Of a DNA stretch of 64,000 nucleotides, positions 39,006 through 51,454 are shown piece after piece. The notes below the pieces were generated by a model. It had not been told where the DNA came from. It made no database searches and was given only the letters and a program-made list of their open reading frames with translations. The stretch is from Sphaerodactylus townsendi (lineage: Eukaryota): contig NC_059434.1 in NCBI RefSeq assembly GCF_021028975.2, positions 42,904,001 to 42,968,000 of the forward strand. The letters are read 5' to 3'. Within the stretch, counting starts at the first letter, position 1; the number at the start of each line of letters is the position of its first letter. Made by a program: the position numbers and the translations under genes.

Positions 39006-41728
39006 ACCAAACGGCTTTCACCAGAAATGATGTCACGTAAGAGGGACTCCGGAGACAGTCTGAACCCAGTTGAAGGAAGAGCTCTCTCCCAGAAGCAGCA
39101 ATAAGTCTGAGAGCCCTGGGGAGAGTCAGTGCCATTCCCTGGTAGGAAGAAGGGAATGTGGACACACTTGAAACTGATAGGGAAAAATTACCTACAAAAG
39201 GATCGGGCTTAGAGGAACAGGTTTGTTATGAATATTGAAAACAGACATCATTAAAGTTTATGAATGCTGCCATGGAACTGAGAGAAGAGGCAAACTGCTT
39301 CGGCTTGCCTCCAAAAAGCATTCTTGATTATCAGTTCTGAGCTCCCTATGGAGAAGGTAATAGCAAGCTGTGCCTCTGCTCGAAACAGTAACCGGGCTGA
39401 AAGCCCCTTAGGATTAAGAATTAGTCTGGAGAGACTGCAGCAAAAAGGTAGACCGAGGCTACAGTGCTGAGTAATAAAATGAAGCTCAGCTGCTCTTAAG
39501 CCTGTTTGTTGTCTCAGAAAATTCTACCCACTTCAGCAACTTTCCAAAAACTACAGTGGCTGAAGTGATCGAAATAACACCAACTAAAAAGCACAACATG
39601 CTCCTGATACTTAACATAATTTACCAAGGGCTAGTGAGAATTGCAAGGCTCTGTTAGCCCTTTGCCTCCAAGGATTTCACCTTGAAACTGCAGGCAGCCA
39701 GGAGAAGCTCCCTTCACTCAGGCACAGCTAAGCCTTTAAATGAGGCTCCGATCAGGCCACAACTTCAGGCTTCTCCACTCCAAGCAGACAGAAGGAGGGG
39801 GGAGGATGCCTTCAGGCAAGCAGCCTTCTTCCCCTCAGATCCAAGAGGCCATGCCCCAGGCTCTTGGAGCAGAAGTCAGAGAGGGGGAGGGAGGCTTTCA
39901 GTCAGGCAGCCTCTACTGGGCCACACGCTAGGCTAGGGTCTCAGAGCTGACACTCTCCCAGGAAGGGAGAGGGACACTTTCAGTCAGTCAGCCTCTTGAA
40001 GCCAACAAAAGGCTTCAGAGTGGACAGAAGGAATGGGTGTCAGGCCACGCTTCCAAACTTCTCCCTTCAGAACCAACAGGCAGGGCCAGAGCAAGGGGGA
40101 ACTGCACACAGGGCATGCATGCGCCCTGCACCTCTGCCACACCCCCGCCACACCCCTGCACTTTAAAACCACAGTTGGCACAATCCTGAAGAGGCTCTCT
40201 TGTGCTATGACAATGAAGTGGAAATCCAGAAATGTTTGTTATTTAAATGCAGTTTATTCTTGACTGGAATTCCTATTAATGAGAGAAACAAGTCAACTCA
40301 GCTTCAAGAATGAGGAAAAACACAGAACAGCAGTGGATATCCTCTGTTTGCGGCTGCAAAAAAGGGTACTGAGGGAGTAGTGCCCCTTCTCCTAGTCATG
40401 TGATCGTTTTGGCAAGAAAGCACAGGAAGGAATAGTTGTGCTTCTAGTATGCTAGAAAGCTTTGGAAATCTTTTCCACAGCTGGCCTGTGCATGCTCAGT
40501 TCCAATGCTGGATTGCACAAGAAACCACGAATATGAACAATAGGAACTATTTTAAGGGTTGGGGCGGGAGGACGACATTACTTGAGACCATTCCAAATGA
40601 AGATGTATATTGGTGATTTCTCCCCAAAATACTATCTTGAGTAAAAAATAATTGATAATATAATCTGTCAAAAATTATTTAGGCTATTAAAAAAGGAGCT
40701 TAAGATAATATAAAGACATTTCAGTTCACGTAGAAGTCAGAAGAACTTTGCCCTGACTAAGCAGCTGTTGCAGCTTTTAAACATCACAAAGGGGGGTGGG
40801 GTGGGGGGGGCTGAGGCTAGTACCTATAAAGCAAACATATCCATTTGGGTAGACTGCAAAGTGTGTATCGATTCAGGTCATCAAATTCTATGATTTTTTA
40901 TATACTGACACATCTCATTTGAAAATTCATATTTCATAGTCGAAGGAAAGTGACCTTCACCAAATGAAGAATCTTTTAAAGTCTATTACAGGATACAACC
41001 TCAGAAGTGCATGTATATATGGAAACAGCATATATTAACCTTGACAAGACACATATAGTTCCACAGAGACAGGCTTTGATGGTGTACTGCCATACAATGC
41101 ATATGAAACAGGCTAATAATAATCAGATCTGCACCCTGTGCACAATAGGATATAATTTACATATGACTGAGATAAGGAAAAATAGCAGCTCCAACTTAGT
41201 CTTACAGTACCTCATAAAAACAACTGGTTTACTTGCCTTGTATCAGCTTCTTTTATCTATGGACTAAACAATAGATCAATTGATGTGTTATTTAATTCTA
41301 GTATAACCAGTCAACCCCACTCAGGCCTATAAACTGGGTTGTTTAGTTCCCCACTACCAGAGATTTTTTAAAGTATTTTTCCTCCCAACCGTGCAAGTGA
41401 GAGAATGTGTATTACATTGCTTTTTGCACAATTGCACATCATCAGTGTCAGTGGGTGTTTGTGAAGCTATCTGCTCTATCATTTGAACAAGGAGTGCAAA
41501 GCAAAAATGCATGGCTCCAGTAACAGAACCAAAAAAACACAGCAGGCCAGCAATTCTGAGTGGGGAAAAAACATAACCACTTTACTACCAAGATGCAGGT
41601 CAACCTCTTTTCCTTCCACTCAGTAACTTAATCTTTTCTATATTCTTTTCCACTGAAAGATTAAAGTATATTCATCTGTCACATGCTGGACTTTCTTTGT
41701 CATAGAATGCTCTGCTTGGGTCCTAGTG

Positions 41729-42387
41729 CAGTGGTGGTGAACCTTTTTGAGACCAAGTGCCCAAATTGCAACCCAAAACCCACTTATTTATCGCAAAGTG
41801 CCAACACGGCAATTTAACCTGAATACTGAGGTTTTAGTTTAGAAAAAGCGGTTGGCTCAGAGGTGTGCGTTACTCGGGAGTAAGCTTGGTGGTAGTCGGT
41901 GGCTTTGCTTTGAAGCATCCGTGCAACTCTTCCAACGGGTGAATCACGACCCTAGGAGGGTTTACTCAGAAGCAAGCCCCATTGCCAGCAACCGGGCTTA
42001 CTCCCAGGTGAAGGATCACGCTTCAGTTCTTCGCTTGAAAATCAGTGGGGTTTAACAGTGCTTAACAGGGTTACCTACACTGCTTCCCCAAACTAGTGCT
42101 CATTCCGCACATGCAGAATAATGCACTTTCAAACTGCTTTCAGTGCTCTTTGAAGCTGTGCGGAATGGCAAAATCCACTTGCAAACAGTTGTGAAAGTGG
42201 TTTGAAAACGCATTATTTTGCATGTGCGGAAGGGGCCTAGGTCTTAGGTTTAATGCTAATAATCAAGCCCAGCAGCCCAGGCCAGCCTAGATGTGTGGGG
42301 GGGGGGGGGCAACTCTGTTTGCGCGTGCCCACAGAGAGGGCTCTGAGTGCCACCTCTGGCACCCGTGCCATAGGTTCGCCACCACTG
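41729..42387. mobile_element. Non-autonomous hAT (Charlie/Buster-like) element with nested MITE
   Basis: TIR cagtggtggtgaacct / aggttcgccaccactg. Perfect TSD tcctagtg at 41721-41728 and 42388-42395. Confidence 0.9.
42097..42237. mobile_element. Harbinger-like MITE (141 bp) nested in the hAT element
   Basis: TIR ttccgcacatgcagaataatgc / gcattattttgcatgtgcggaa; 3-bp TSD tag. Confidence 0.75.
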
Positions 42388-42573
42388 TCCTAGTGCCTAC
42401 CCAGTTTTGCTTTCCCCCTCCCATTCATCTTTTGTTGTCCCTCCTTCCCCTTTCAGAGACTGGGCATGAGGAAGTTGCCTGGCTTTGCCGTGGTGTGGGG
42501 TTGGCTGTGGGTAAATGCAGCCATCTGTGGCCACCTTTGAGCTTCCTCTTATCCTCCTGCTCCCCCCGCCAGC

Positions 42574-42805
42574 CAAGCCTTGCTGCTGCCACTGCCTCCC
42601 ACCTTGTCGGCAAGGCAGCCTAAAGATTTTCCCAACAACTTCCTGCTCTCTCCCAACCGCTGAGCCTCACTGCTGCTACCATTTCCTGCCTCATTGGCAA
42701 GGCAGTCTGAAGACACCTTCACCTGGTGGGTTCCTGCTCCCCCTACCCACCAAGCCTTGCTGCCGCCACAGCCTCCTGCCTTGTCAGTAAGTCTGCCTAA
42801 AGATT
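42574..42805. repeat. Degenerate ~90-bp minisatellite (3 copies)
   Basis: Recurring ccaagccttgctgc..gccac..cctcc..ccttgtc.gcaaggcag.ct.aaga units. Confidence 0.7.
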
Positions 42806-44214
42806 CCTCCTCCGGTGAGTTCCTGCTCCTCCGCTCGCCGAGCAATGTTCAAACATGCAGAGAAGAATGGTTTTGACAAAGGCAGCACCTAAACATGAAT
42901 TATAATTCTCATATTCATTTGGGACTATTATCTAATGTGGAAGCATACTATGTTCTCTTCGGCTGCACCACAACTGAGTATAGTACCTCTTGAACTTTGT
43001 AACTGGAAACAGATTTGCAATAGTAAATACTCCTAATAAATATTGAATGCTTGCATAATTAAAAGATAAATAGTTGTGTCACACATTCTTACACCACAGG
43101 AAAAAAACACCTTTGGTTTAAATAAATGCAAAATATATATAATGCAAAATATAAAAATATAAAAATGCAAAATGTACTCACTTACTGTAAAGCCCCTTTC
43201 TTGGTGGTTTCAGGGTGGGCAGTTACAACTAATGGGAAGAAACTCTGCTCTTCAGTCAGGTAGGGTTGCTTATCTTTCACTGACTCCTAATGGAAGTCTT
43301 TCTCTCTTAGTTTCCCAGACTCATCCAGAAGCTACGTGTGATGGATAGCGAATGCCTTATACCGGTCTGGCAACCCTGATTGACAGGAATTAAAATTCCA
43401 AGAATTCTGCTGATATTCTATCCCTCTTTTAATAATGTTAAAGCTTTTGTTCCCTTTGATGCTTTTTTCCTATTGTTTTATATTTCCATACTTTTTTGTG
43501 TTTCCAGTTTTTTATTACCAGTAGATTCTTTTAGGCATAGATTTACAATTTTAAAACACTTTATACTTTTAGTGATATTTTATTTACCTTATGTTGGTCT
43601 TTGACCGTAATAAAGATTGATTGGCTGTTGATTTATGGTTAACAGAACAGGTCGGCAGCTTGGGAACGGAGGGTAGTGAAGGAGTAGGGTAGGATCAAGG
43701 AGAATCCTGAGGCAGGAAACTGAAACCAGTAGCCTTTCCCTGAGGAAAACAGTTCCAAGGAAAAGGGATGATCCCTATCAAGTGTTAAAGAAGGAAAATT
43801 GGAACCTGTGTGTATGTTCCTGTTTCCACAAACTTTAGAAATTTTGTGCCAAATAAGCTTATGCCTGTTTATCTAAGGAAAGACAACCAAGTGATTTCTC
43901 AACAGCTACAAATACCTGTTAGTAAAACAGCTAACTTCTTGTTACAAATGATCTATTGTACATAGTTATCTAGTTTCTATCATTCTTGTTGCCTTTTCAC
44001 CTGCCAAGTTTAAGACTGAAACTTCCCTGACTAGTTTAATATGACCATTTCCCCATAACAGTAAAATAAAACAGTTTATGTGTTGAGAATTCATATCAGC
44101 CTCGTGTGTGCCATATTCAGACATATACTAACAAAGGGGTTTTAGTTCTTCAGCTTCCTAGACTGGATCAGAATATATTCATATGCATTTCGTATATCTG
44201 GGGAATCGTCATAC

Positions 44215-44900
44215 TGTAAACAGTCAGATTCCTCCTCCTGCCAAAAGGTGTCACGAAGGTATGGGGTCCAAAGTTTGGCATAAGAGCATGACACTGCTCC
44301 CCACAAAATGGATGCTTCTCAGAGAATTTTGGAATCCATCTTGTGTGTCAAGCTTGGCAGGTGGTTGGCTGTTGAACTTTTATTCTTTCCTACAGGTGTC
44401 CTGGCTGGACAATGGGACTAGCTAATCCCTATTGTGTCATCCAAGGGTGATTTAATCAGCACTCTGATCAGACCACTATTTACCCTATCTGCAGACATCC
44501 CAGCAATAAATTTGTATCCCAGCAATAAATTTGCAACTCACCAGGCCTCTCATATCTTATTGTTGGAGCCCCAGAAAAGAGATCACTTCTTTATTTCTGG
44601 CTCTCCTGCCAGTTTAGCTCACATTGCCTCAGAACCCATTTGGGGGTATAAGTGCTGGTTCTTTTCTCTTGGTCTACTCTTGTATGCCTTGTGTATGTTC
44701 ATTGCTCTTAAGTATATTTCTTTTTTATTATTTTATTCTGTAATAAAACCAATTTTAATTATATAACCACCTGGTCATTTGAAAATTTTCATTCATGACT
44801 CTACTGGTATGTATTGGTTATCGATCATAGTTAATGATCTCACTTTGACTCCCTAGCTAATTCTCCCAACTTAAGTGGAGACTGCCTACTTAGGCTAACA
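44215..44900 (+). mobile_element. Possible solo LTR
   Basis: TGTAA...TAACA ends, TATAA at ~44647, AATAAA at ~44742, internal cccagcaataaatttg duplication, flanks atac/atat. Confidence 0.4.
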
Positions 44901-45681
44901 ATATTACATAACTTCTCAAACAAAAAAAATCAAACTCTCACAGTCAATGATTAAAGAAAAAGTAGAAAAAGAGAGAAGCCAGTAAGAGGCCATGCTGCTC
45001 TGGGACTCAATTAGAGTGTGCCTGCCCTATCCTCAGGACTGCCAACAAACGAATTTCATGTTAAGTGAACAAACGTTCCACTCTGGTGGTATGGGGCAGT
45101 TGCAACCAACGGGACATACAAAATATCCCAGGATGGGCCATCTGAGAGCTAACCTATTATGGTGTGTTACAGGACTTCCAAAGGACAAGTCAGCTGATGC
45201 CTCCTTGTCAATATAACGGCAGATGAAAATGTAGACAGATTCCACGTAGCTGCTTGGTAAACCATTTATAAGAAAGGAAAGCCATAAAAGATAGCCATCA
45301 ACCCCACTGGGGTTTCCAACCTCCGAGCTTTGTATGCCAGGTTGATACAGCTCTAGATACATCTTCCCAGAAAAGACACCAAAACCCTGGAACCCACAGA
45401 GGACTTTCTGAAAGAGATGAACACTTAAACTTCTTCAGAGCCCTATTTCTATCAATATACTTGGTGTCCTAGTGGAATCTCACTAAATATCAAAGTTAAA
45501 GATTGGCTGGTGTTGTAACTACTAACTAATGATTTATGCTATAAGTAGGTAGCCCCAGTACCAGCACTGGGACCAACATGTGAAGCTGAACTGCTAAACA
45601 TTTGGTAAACATACAATACTACCAAATTTAGGCAAATATGCAGGATTGGACAAATGCAACACAAGGCTCATTAATGTTATA

Positions 45682-45687
45682 TTTATT
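45682..45687 (-). promoter_or_regulatory. Probable polyadenylation signal AATAAA of RAPGEF2
   Basis: Plus strand tttatt; GU/U-rich sequence lies downstream on the minus strand (45600-45660). Confidence 0.6.
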
Positions 45688-45743
45688 TATATTCCAGCTT
45701 CATACAAACTGGATAGAAGCATAAACATAGTACATTTCTACCA

Positions 45744-45891
45744 NNNNNNNNNNNNNNNNNNNNNNNNNNNNNNNNNNNNNNNNNNNNNNNNNNNNNNNNN
45801 NNNNNNNNNNNNNNNNNNNNNNNNNNNNNNNNNNNNNNNNNNNNNNNNNNNNNNNNNNNNNNNNNNNNNNNNNNNNNNNNNNNNNNNNNNN
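45744..45891. other. Assembly gap (148 N)
   Basis: Run of N. Confidence 0.99.
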
Positions 45892-47663
45892 CACTTGACA
45901 TCACAGAGTGAACTGAGATTAGCAGTCCTATGGTCTACAATTACTTAAATGCCTATATAACATTTGTGCAACTTGTGATAGAGCTAGTTTCTTCTGTCTT
46001 GCTATATGCACATGAGGTCCATAGACTATATAATGAAACTGGCAAATGCATATTACATGTAAAATTACAAATGCATAATTGACAAAGCGATATATAAGCA
46101 AATAGACAAAAAGCAATGATTACAGGAGAAAGAGAATAATTAAATAAAGCACTGACATTGTTCAATACAGTGAAAAAACACTGCAATTTGATCTTTAAAA
46201 GTTGAAGCTATTTACGTTTATCTACTGATCAATATGATCAGCTGAGTTCAATGAAAAAATCCAAGACCAGCAGTTCCTCACATTTGAGTACTACTTGGAT
46301 TGGCAGCCTTCACTTTTCCGGAGTCTGTGCAAAACCAACATAAAAATAGAAAGGGGGGGAGGGGGGAGAAGAGTGGCATTTAGTCACTCAAGGGCTAATA
46401 GCAGCTGTGAGCAGATGATAGCTATCCATTGGCCTTCTCTACACATGCAGTGTTCCTTAAAACCCATGAACCATTGTAAATATTACCACACCACAAAGGC
46501 TGGTTGAGCTATACTGATCATTTCTCATTATTTAATGGCATCTTTATTTCCTAATGCTAAACCAATAAAAGGGAGATCATTAGATCCGGATTGACAGTTA
46601 GCATTAGCATCCAAATGGCCCCAGCAGTAGTGTTATCCAGGTAATTTTTGTGTAATAATTATCGCTACCAGTAGTTTGCAACAGGACCGTAAAAAGGGCA
46701 AGATGGTTTAAGTAAAAGGTAAGTTTGCCATTTTTCATCTGAATGGGGCAACCGTTTTGCTCACCGTCCTGTCTTCCTAAAGGCACAGGAAATGGACACA
46801 AAAAATCCTCTTTCTCCACTGTTTACTTGCAAGACTCAACAGCTCTCCATTATTACAGATGCAAATAAGAAACACCAGCAATTCTAAAATGTAACAGCTG
46901 TGCTTTGAGTCAAACACTAAAAATGAAGCTCAAGGTAAAAGAAAGGCTGTATCCTCCCTATAAACCATGCCATCTTTGCTTAGCCACACACTACATACAT
47001 ATATATATAGAGATATCCTTTTTTTTAAAAAAAAAAAGTAGTCCAGGCTGGCAACCCCTTGTTAAAAGTACAAAATAATACTGTAATTATGCAGATGTAA
47101 TTTTCCCCCTTGCCCGCCAACACAACATACCGAGTAGCAACAAAGGCAATGTAAACAAGCAAACAAGCACAGCGTACTTGAATAATTTCAACGTGTATCT
47201 CTTAGTAGGTAAAAGGCCCAATGTAGCTGTCAACTAGTTGTTCTCATTATCCCAAAGAGGAGAAATGCTACAATTGCAATTAAGATCCAAGGAAGATTTT
47301 TTAAAATGCTTCCAGGCTTCGGGGGGGTGGGGTGTGTGCAGTCATGACGTTGATCTCGGAATTTGGAATGATACCGTGTGATGTGGCAGACAGCGACAGT
47401 GGGAGTTGGGAGAACGCTGCACTATGCATTTCAAGCAACACAGTTTGAAAAGTGCCAGGGCGATTTCTTCACAGTATTTCACATGCAAGGGGAACAAGAG
47501 TATGGGGAGGAGGGGGAGAAGAAGCCCCATGCTGCTTTAAGGCAGGGAAGGAGGCAAACAGGTCCACCATCCTTTCATGAGAGTTCCAAGGCTCCTGTAC
47601 TGGGGGCATCATCTTGTGCTCTCCTTTATGTTAGCTTACCCAGGATCCAGAAAGCCCCAGTTT

Positions 47664-47689
47664 TTAAACGGCAGAAACTTGTTCATCTT
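47664..47689 (-). CDS. RAPGEF2: RAPGEF2 terminal coding segment EDEQVSAV-stop (class I PDZ-binding motif)
   Basis: tttgcAG|aa gat gaa caa gtt tct gcc gtt TAA. In phase with the previous exon and matches the known C-terminus. Confidence 0.96.
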
Positions 47690-48479
47690 CTGCAAACATA
47701 ATAGGAGAGAAATACATTTCAGGCTCTTTGAAAATAAGTAGCTATTTATCTGGTCAATGTTTTCATGTTATTTCTATTAAATGATGAAGCTTTTAAAAAA
47801 ATCCTGATTTTTCTCTTCGAATAACATAAACACTTGGTCTTAAAAGGTGCACAGTCATCTCCATGCTAACTGAAGCAAACCTGGTCGAATGTATACTTGT
47901 CACAAATATTAATTATCCCTATACTTGGCTCTGTTCAGTACCAGCCCTGGGAGCTTTGCATATGCTGCAGAGAGAAAGAGAGAGCAGACTTTACTGCAGT
48001 TCAGGCATAAAACACAGACCTCTCTTGGGTTTCATACCACAATATTTTTTTTGCAAATTGAAATGCCTGTTGAAATGCCATCTAAAAGAAAACTAGATAC
48101 CATATTAAACAAGAGTCAAAACGAGGCATGAGCTTTCAGCATTTACAGAAAGCTATCACGTCCTTCAGAGGGTGCTAATAGCTCCCCGAGAATTTTCAGG
48201 TACAGTTGGGTACAGATAACTTGTTTTCGTGGCATGATATTTTTCAGCATTAAGTCAAAGCTGCACACAAAGAACTGGAGAAACCTAGCATGTCTGCCAC
48301 AAAACAGCTCATCTTAACAGCTGTTATTTCACAAGACATCGTTAGATAGCAAAACAGAAATACTTCTGAGCACAGAGCCGCTTTTTGAGATATGTGAAAA
48401 CTCTTCAGGATACAAAAAAAAGCCCTTTGGAAGCAAATTCTATATATATTTCATTCAGAAAATGTGATAAGCTGTTTAC

Positions 48480-48785
48480 CATCCTCCTCCGTGGAAAACC
48501 CTTGAGGCTGATAGTGAGCAAGATGTGGGTCTGACTCATTTGGTTTGTGCCACTGAGGTTTGTTAACTGGTCTGTTGGATGAATGACCCTGTGATTGCTG
48601 TTGTGACGTTGAAGTCCCAGAGGCTTCACTCGACCGTGCCACCATCCTAGACCTCTGAAGTGCTACATTGTAATCTGGAGGTTTTCGGGCTGGATGGGAA
48701 ACTCCTTCTGTAAAGTCAGCAATAGGTATTCCTACATAACCAGGTGGGGTTGGTGGAGGTTCACGATAGCGGCCCTCTTTTCGAG
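48480..48785 (-). CDS. RAPGEF2: RAPGEF2 penultimate exon ([17 protein letters not shown]...[12 protein letters not shown]...GFSTEED)
   Basis: Lies within ORF 48451-48810. Acceptor ttgcAG|ct, donor g|GTaaa, 306 nt. Contains two PPxY motifs. Confidence 0.97.
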
Positions 48786-50894
48786 CTGCAATAAAACAAT
48801 GCAATATCAATATTGGTGGCCATTCCTACAAATTTGTCACAAACACTATGAATCCATGCATTTTGGCTACATTGACATGATTCAGGTAACTCTGATATGC
48901 TTATGATAAAGTGCAGACATTATAATAGCGTGGCATAAAATAATGAAGTATTAATACAATCTGGCCAAAGATTGGAACAGGTACAACACTGATTTCAAAG
49001 GAAAAGCTGAACACATATTTGAAATTCTCATACTAAAATCAATGAGATCTAGAGGGACATCATTCTGGTTGGCTTATGACTATAAGCACATGATAAATTA
49101 TGAAACAATTAGTGAAATGAGCTAGTAATAAGACTATGCATGCAGAGAATTACAACAAGATTCTTTTAGATATCTAAAGAATACAGTTGATAAAAAAATG
49201 CACAGCATAGATGACACATGACTTTACTTTCATGTTCTAGGGGAAAAACAGAAGAAAATGCAAACAGCACTAACTCAGCTTGCATCTTGAATTGTGTTCA
49301 CACTGCAATATTTTTATATAATTTCAACTTTATCTAATTCTCCAAGAGCAGTACCAATTAAAATAATACAATCAAAAAAGTATGACTGAAATTAAAACAT
49401 ATCTGTTCTTTGAGTATTCTGGTTTTTAGTAATTACTGATGCAGAAGTATACATTTCTTTTTAAAATGTTTATGTTGTCTTTCCAATACATTTTGCCTAA
49501 GGCTATTCAAATTAAAACAAAAGAAAATCTGTGAAATGCTCCCTTCCTCATTTCTGAAATACTTCATAGATGATGAACAAAATGAAACAGAAATGTCCCC
49601 ACTCAAAGTGCAGAAAACACTGTGATTTGGCTTTGTGATAACACATAGCTAAATCTGATTGGATAAGCACTGTCAAGCAACCCATGCAGAAGAGCAATAA
49701 TGTTTCTTGCCCTTAATCTGACTTGGCTTTATAACTCCATTTCATTGAATCTGGTTGGCTATGTGATGGCATATTTCCATTACGTGTCATTTGAGATAAT
49801 AAACTGCCTGGGACTGCCTTTGGAAGAAGCTTATTTTTGATTCTAAAAAAGGGTTACTGAAAATGTACATCAAGGAAAAAACAAACTCCTTGATACAAAA
49901 AAGGTAAGCAAGGGCATATGTGCACACACAATTCTTCCTACATATCTTTTGGACCCCGCAAATTTTAAGTAAATAGTTTTTCAGTCCCCTTCCTTAAATG
50001 CGCATAACTCAAATGCCCCTGAAAGGGTTTGTTCTTTGCCATTTTCTTCCCTTCGTAGAGGTGGCGAGTGAAGTAATTGAAATTACTCTGAAAAGTGAAA
50101 CAACTGAAATTAGTTTGGTTTATGCATATAATTGTTTATGCATGTAAACAGCATATGAAGGCTGTTGAGAATAAACAAGATGCAGTCAAAACTGGACCAC
50201 TGCTGAATCACTGGTCCTTCTAATGCCCAATGTAGATCTGCAATGCTTATGAGGAAACCTTCCTCCATTCCTCACAGTTTGTGTATTTCCACTTGTTATT
50301 TTTTATCGCCAGTATGTATGAAGTGAAAAAAAAATCTGGAGAAGGTGCAAAGTAACTAAATTTTTTAGTATTCTAAAATTGTTTAACACATTCTGAAGGA
50401 AAAGGTTTAATCCCCTGACCACTAACATTAAAATATCCACATACTGATAACCAGAGACATATCCCAATCTATACTAATCATCAAGATGGAAAAGAAACTT
50501 GTGATAATAACTTCTTTTATCTCTGATGGTAGAGGATTCCTGAACAATCTATTGCTATTGCTGACAGAGAACAAAAATAGGAGCCCATGCAAAGGGATGG
50601 GAAGAGGAAGTGATTCAAACATGTAGATAAGCTGGAAGAAAAGACTGAGCATTTGCATTAGCTGAAGTGTGTGACCTTTGGCAAGTGCAATGAGTTTTCT
50701 TATCTAAAACATCTACAATAGGACCCATCACTTTTCACAGGACAAAAGGTGTTAATGAAAAAGCAAAACATGACATAAGGGTATGATTTGTTTTGCTTTT
50801 TTAAAAAAAAGACTAAAAGAAAAATATTTGTAAAGTAAATTCAGATTTACAACAAATATGAAGGATACTTGGTGGTAAACAAAGTTAAACTTAC

Positions 50895-51454
50895 CCATAA
50901 GACCCTTTGCATTACTTGTTGTCAGAGCTATATGAGTTGGCATGGGAACTGGCTTTGAATCCTCTGCTGTTATAGATGTTATGCTACTGGTTTCAGCTTC
51001 AATTGATACATCCTTCCCACCCCGCCGTTTTATGGTACCTGTATCACCTTCAGAGTCCTCTCCCCAGTAGCCTGTGGAGGATGCCCAGCTTGCTCTGGAC
51101 TGTGCTTGATCAAGGCCCTCCCTACCTTGACTCTGCCTGCCATACTTTGTGCCATGATCGGAGAACATCATCGGGTCCATGTGGCTCCCTGAGGCCCACA
51201 GTCCTGCCCCATCGCCTGAACTATCGAAATGAGCATGTCCAAAAGGAAGAGTCTCCCAACTTCGCTGGTGCTGTATTGTCTGTATGTTGTCATGGGAACC
51301 ACTTGAGCAAGAAGTCCAACTGCCACGGCCACTATCTGCTGCATCAAGTGATGCTCGATCTCCTTGATCCTGTGACAGCTCCTCAGTACTGGGAGAAGAA
51401 AGCATAGTTGCCCCAGCATACAAGCCTCTATTCTCTGTCAGTGGTGCATAGGAG
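50895..51454 (-). CDS. RAPGEF2: RAPGEF2 large exon ([10 protein letters not shown]...[19 protein letters not shown]...NAKGLM)
   Basis: Lies within ORF 50752-51507. Acceptor ttttAG|c, donor g|GTaag, 560 nt. Confidence 0.97.

Larger units (their letters stand above)
45660..47663 (-). other. RAPGEF2: RAPGEF2 3' UTR (3' end approximate; interrupted by an N gap)
   Basis: Follows the stop codon. AU-rich, no recognisable repeats, several miRNA seed matches, ends near an AATAAA. Confidence 0.75.

Noticed and set aside
46542-46547. Proximal AATAAA in the 3' UTR as the main poly(A) signal
   Set aside because: UTR-like sequence with miR-19 sites continues beyond it. It may be an alternative site, but this cannot be supported without 3'-end data.
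50976-51419. Antisense and alternative-frame ORFs over RAPGEF2 exons (also 52683-52880, 56460-56729, 59673-59876)
   Set aside because: Expected shadow ORFs of real coding exons.
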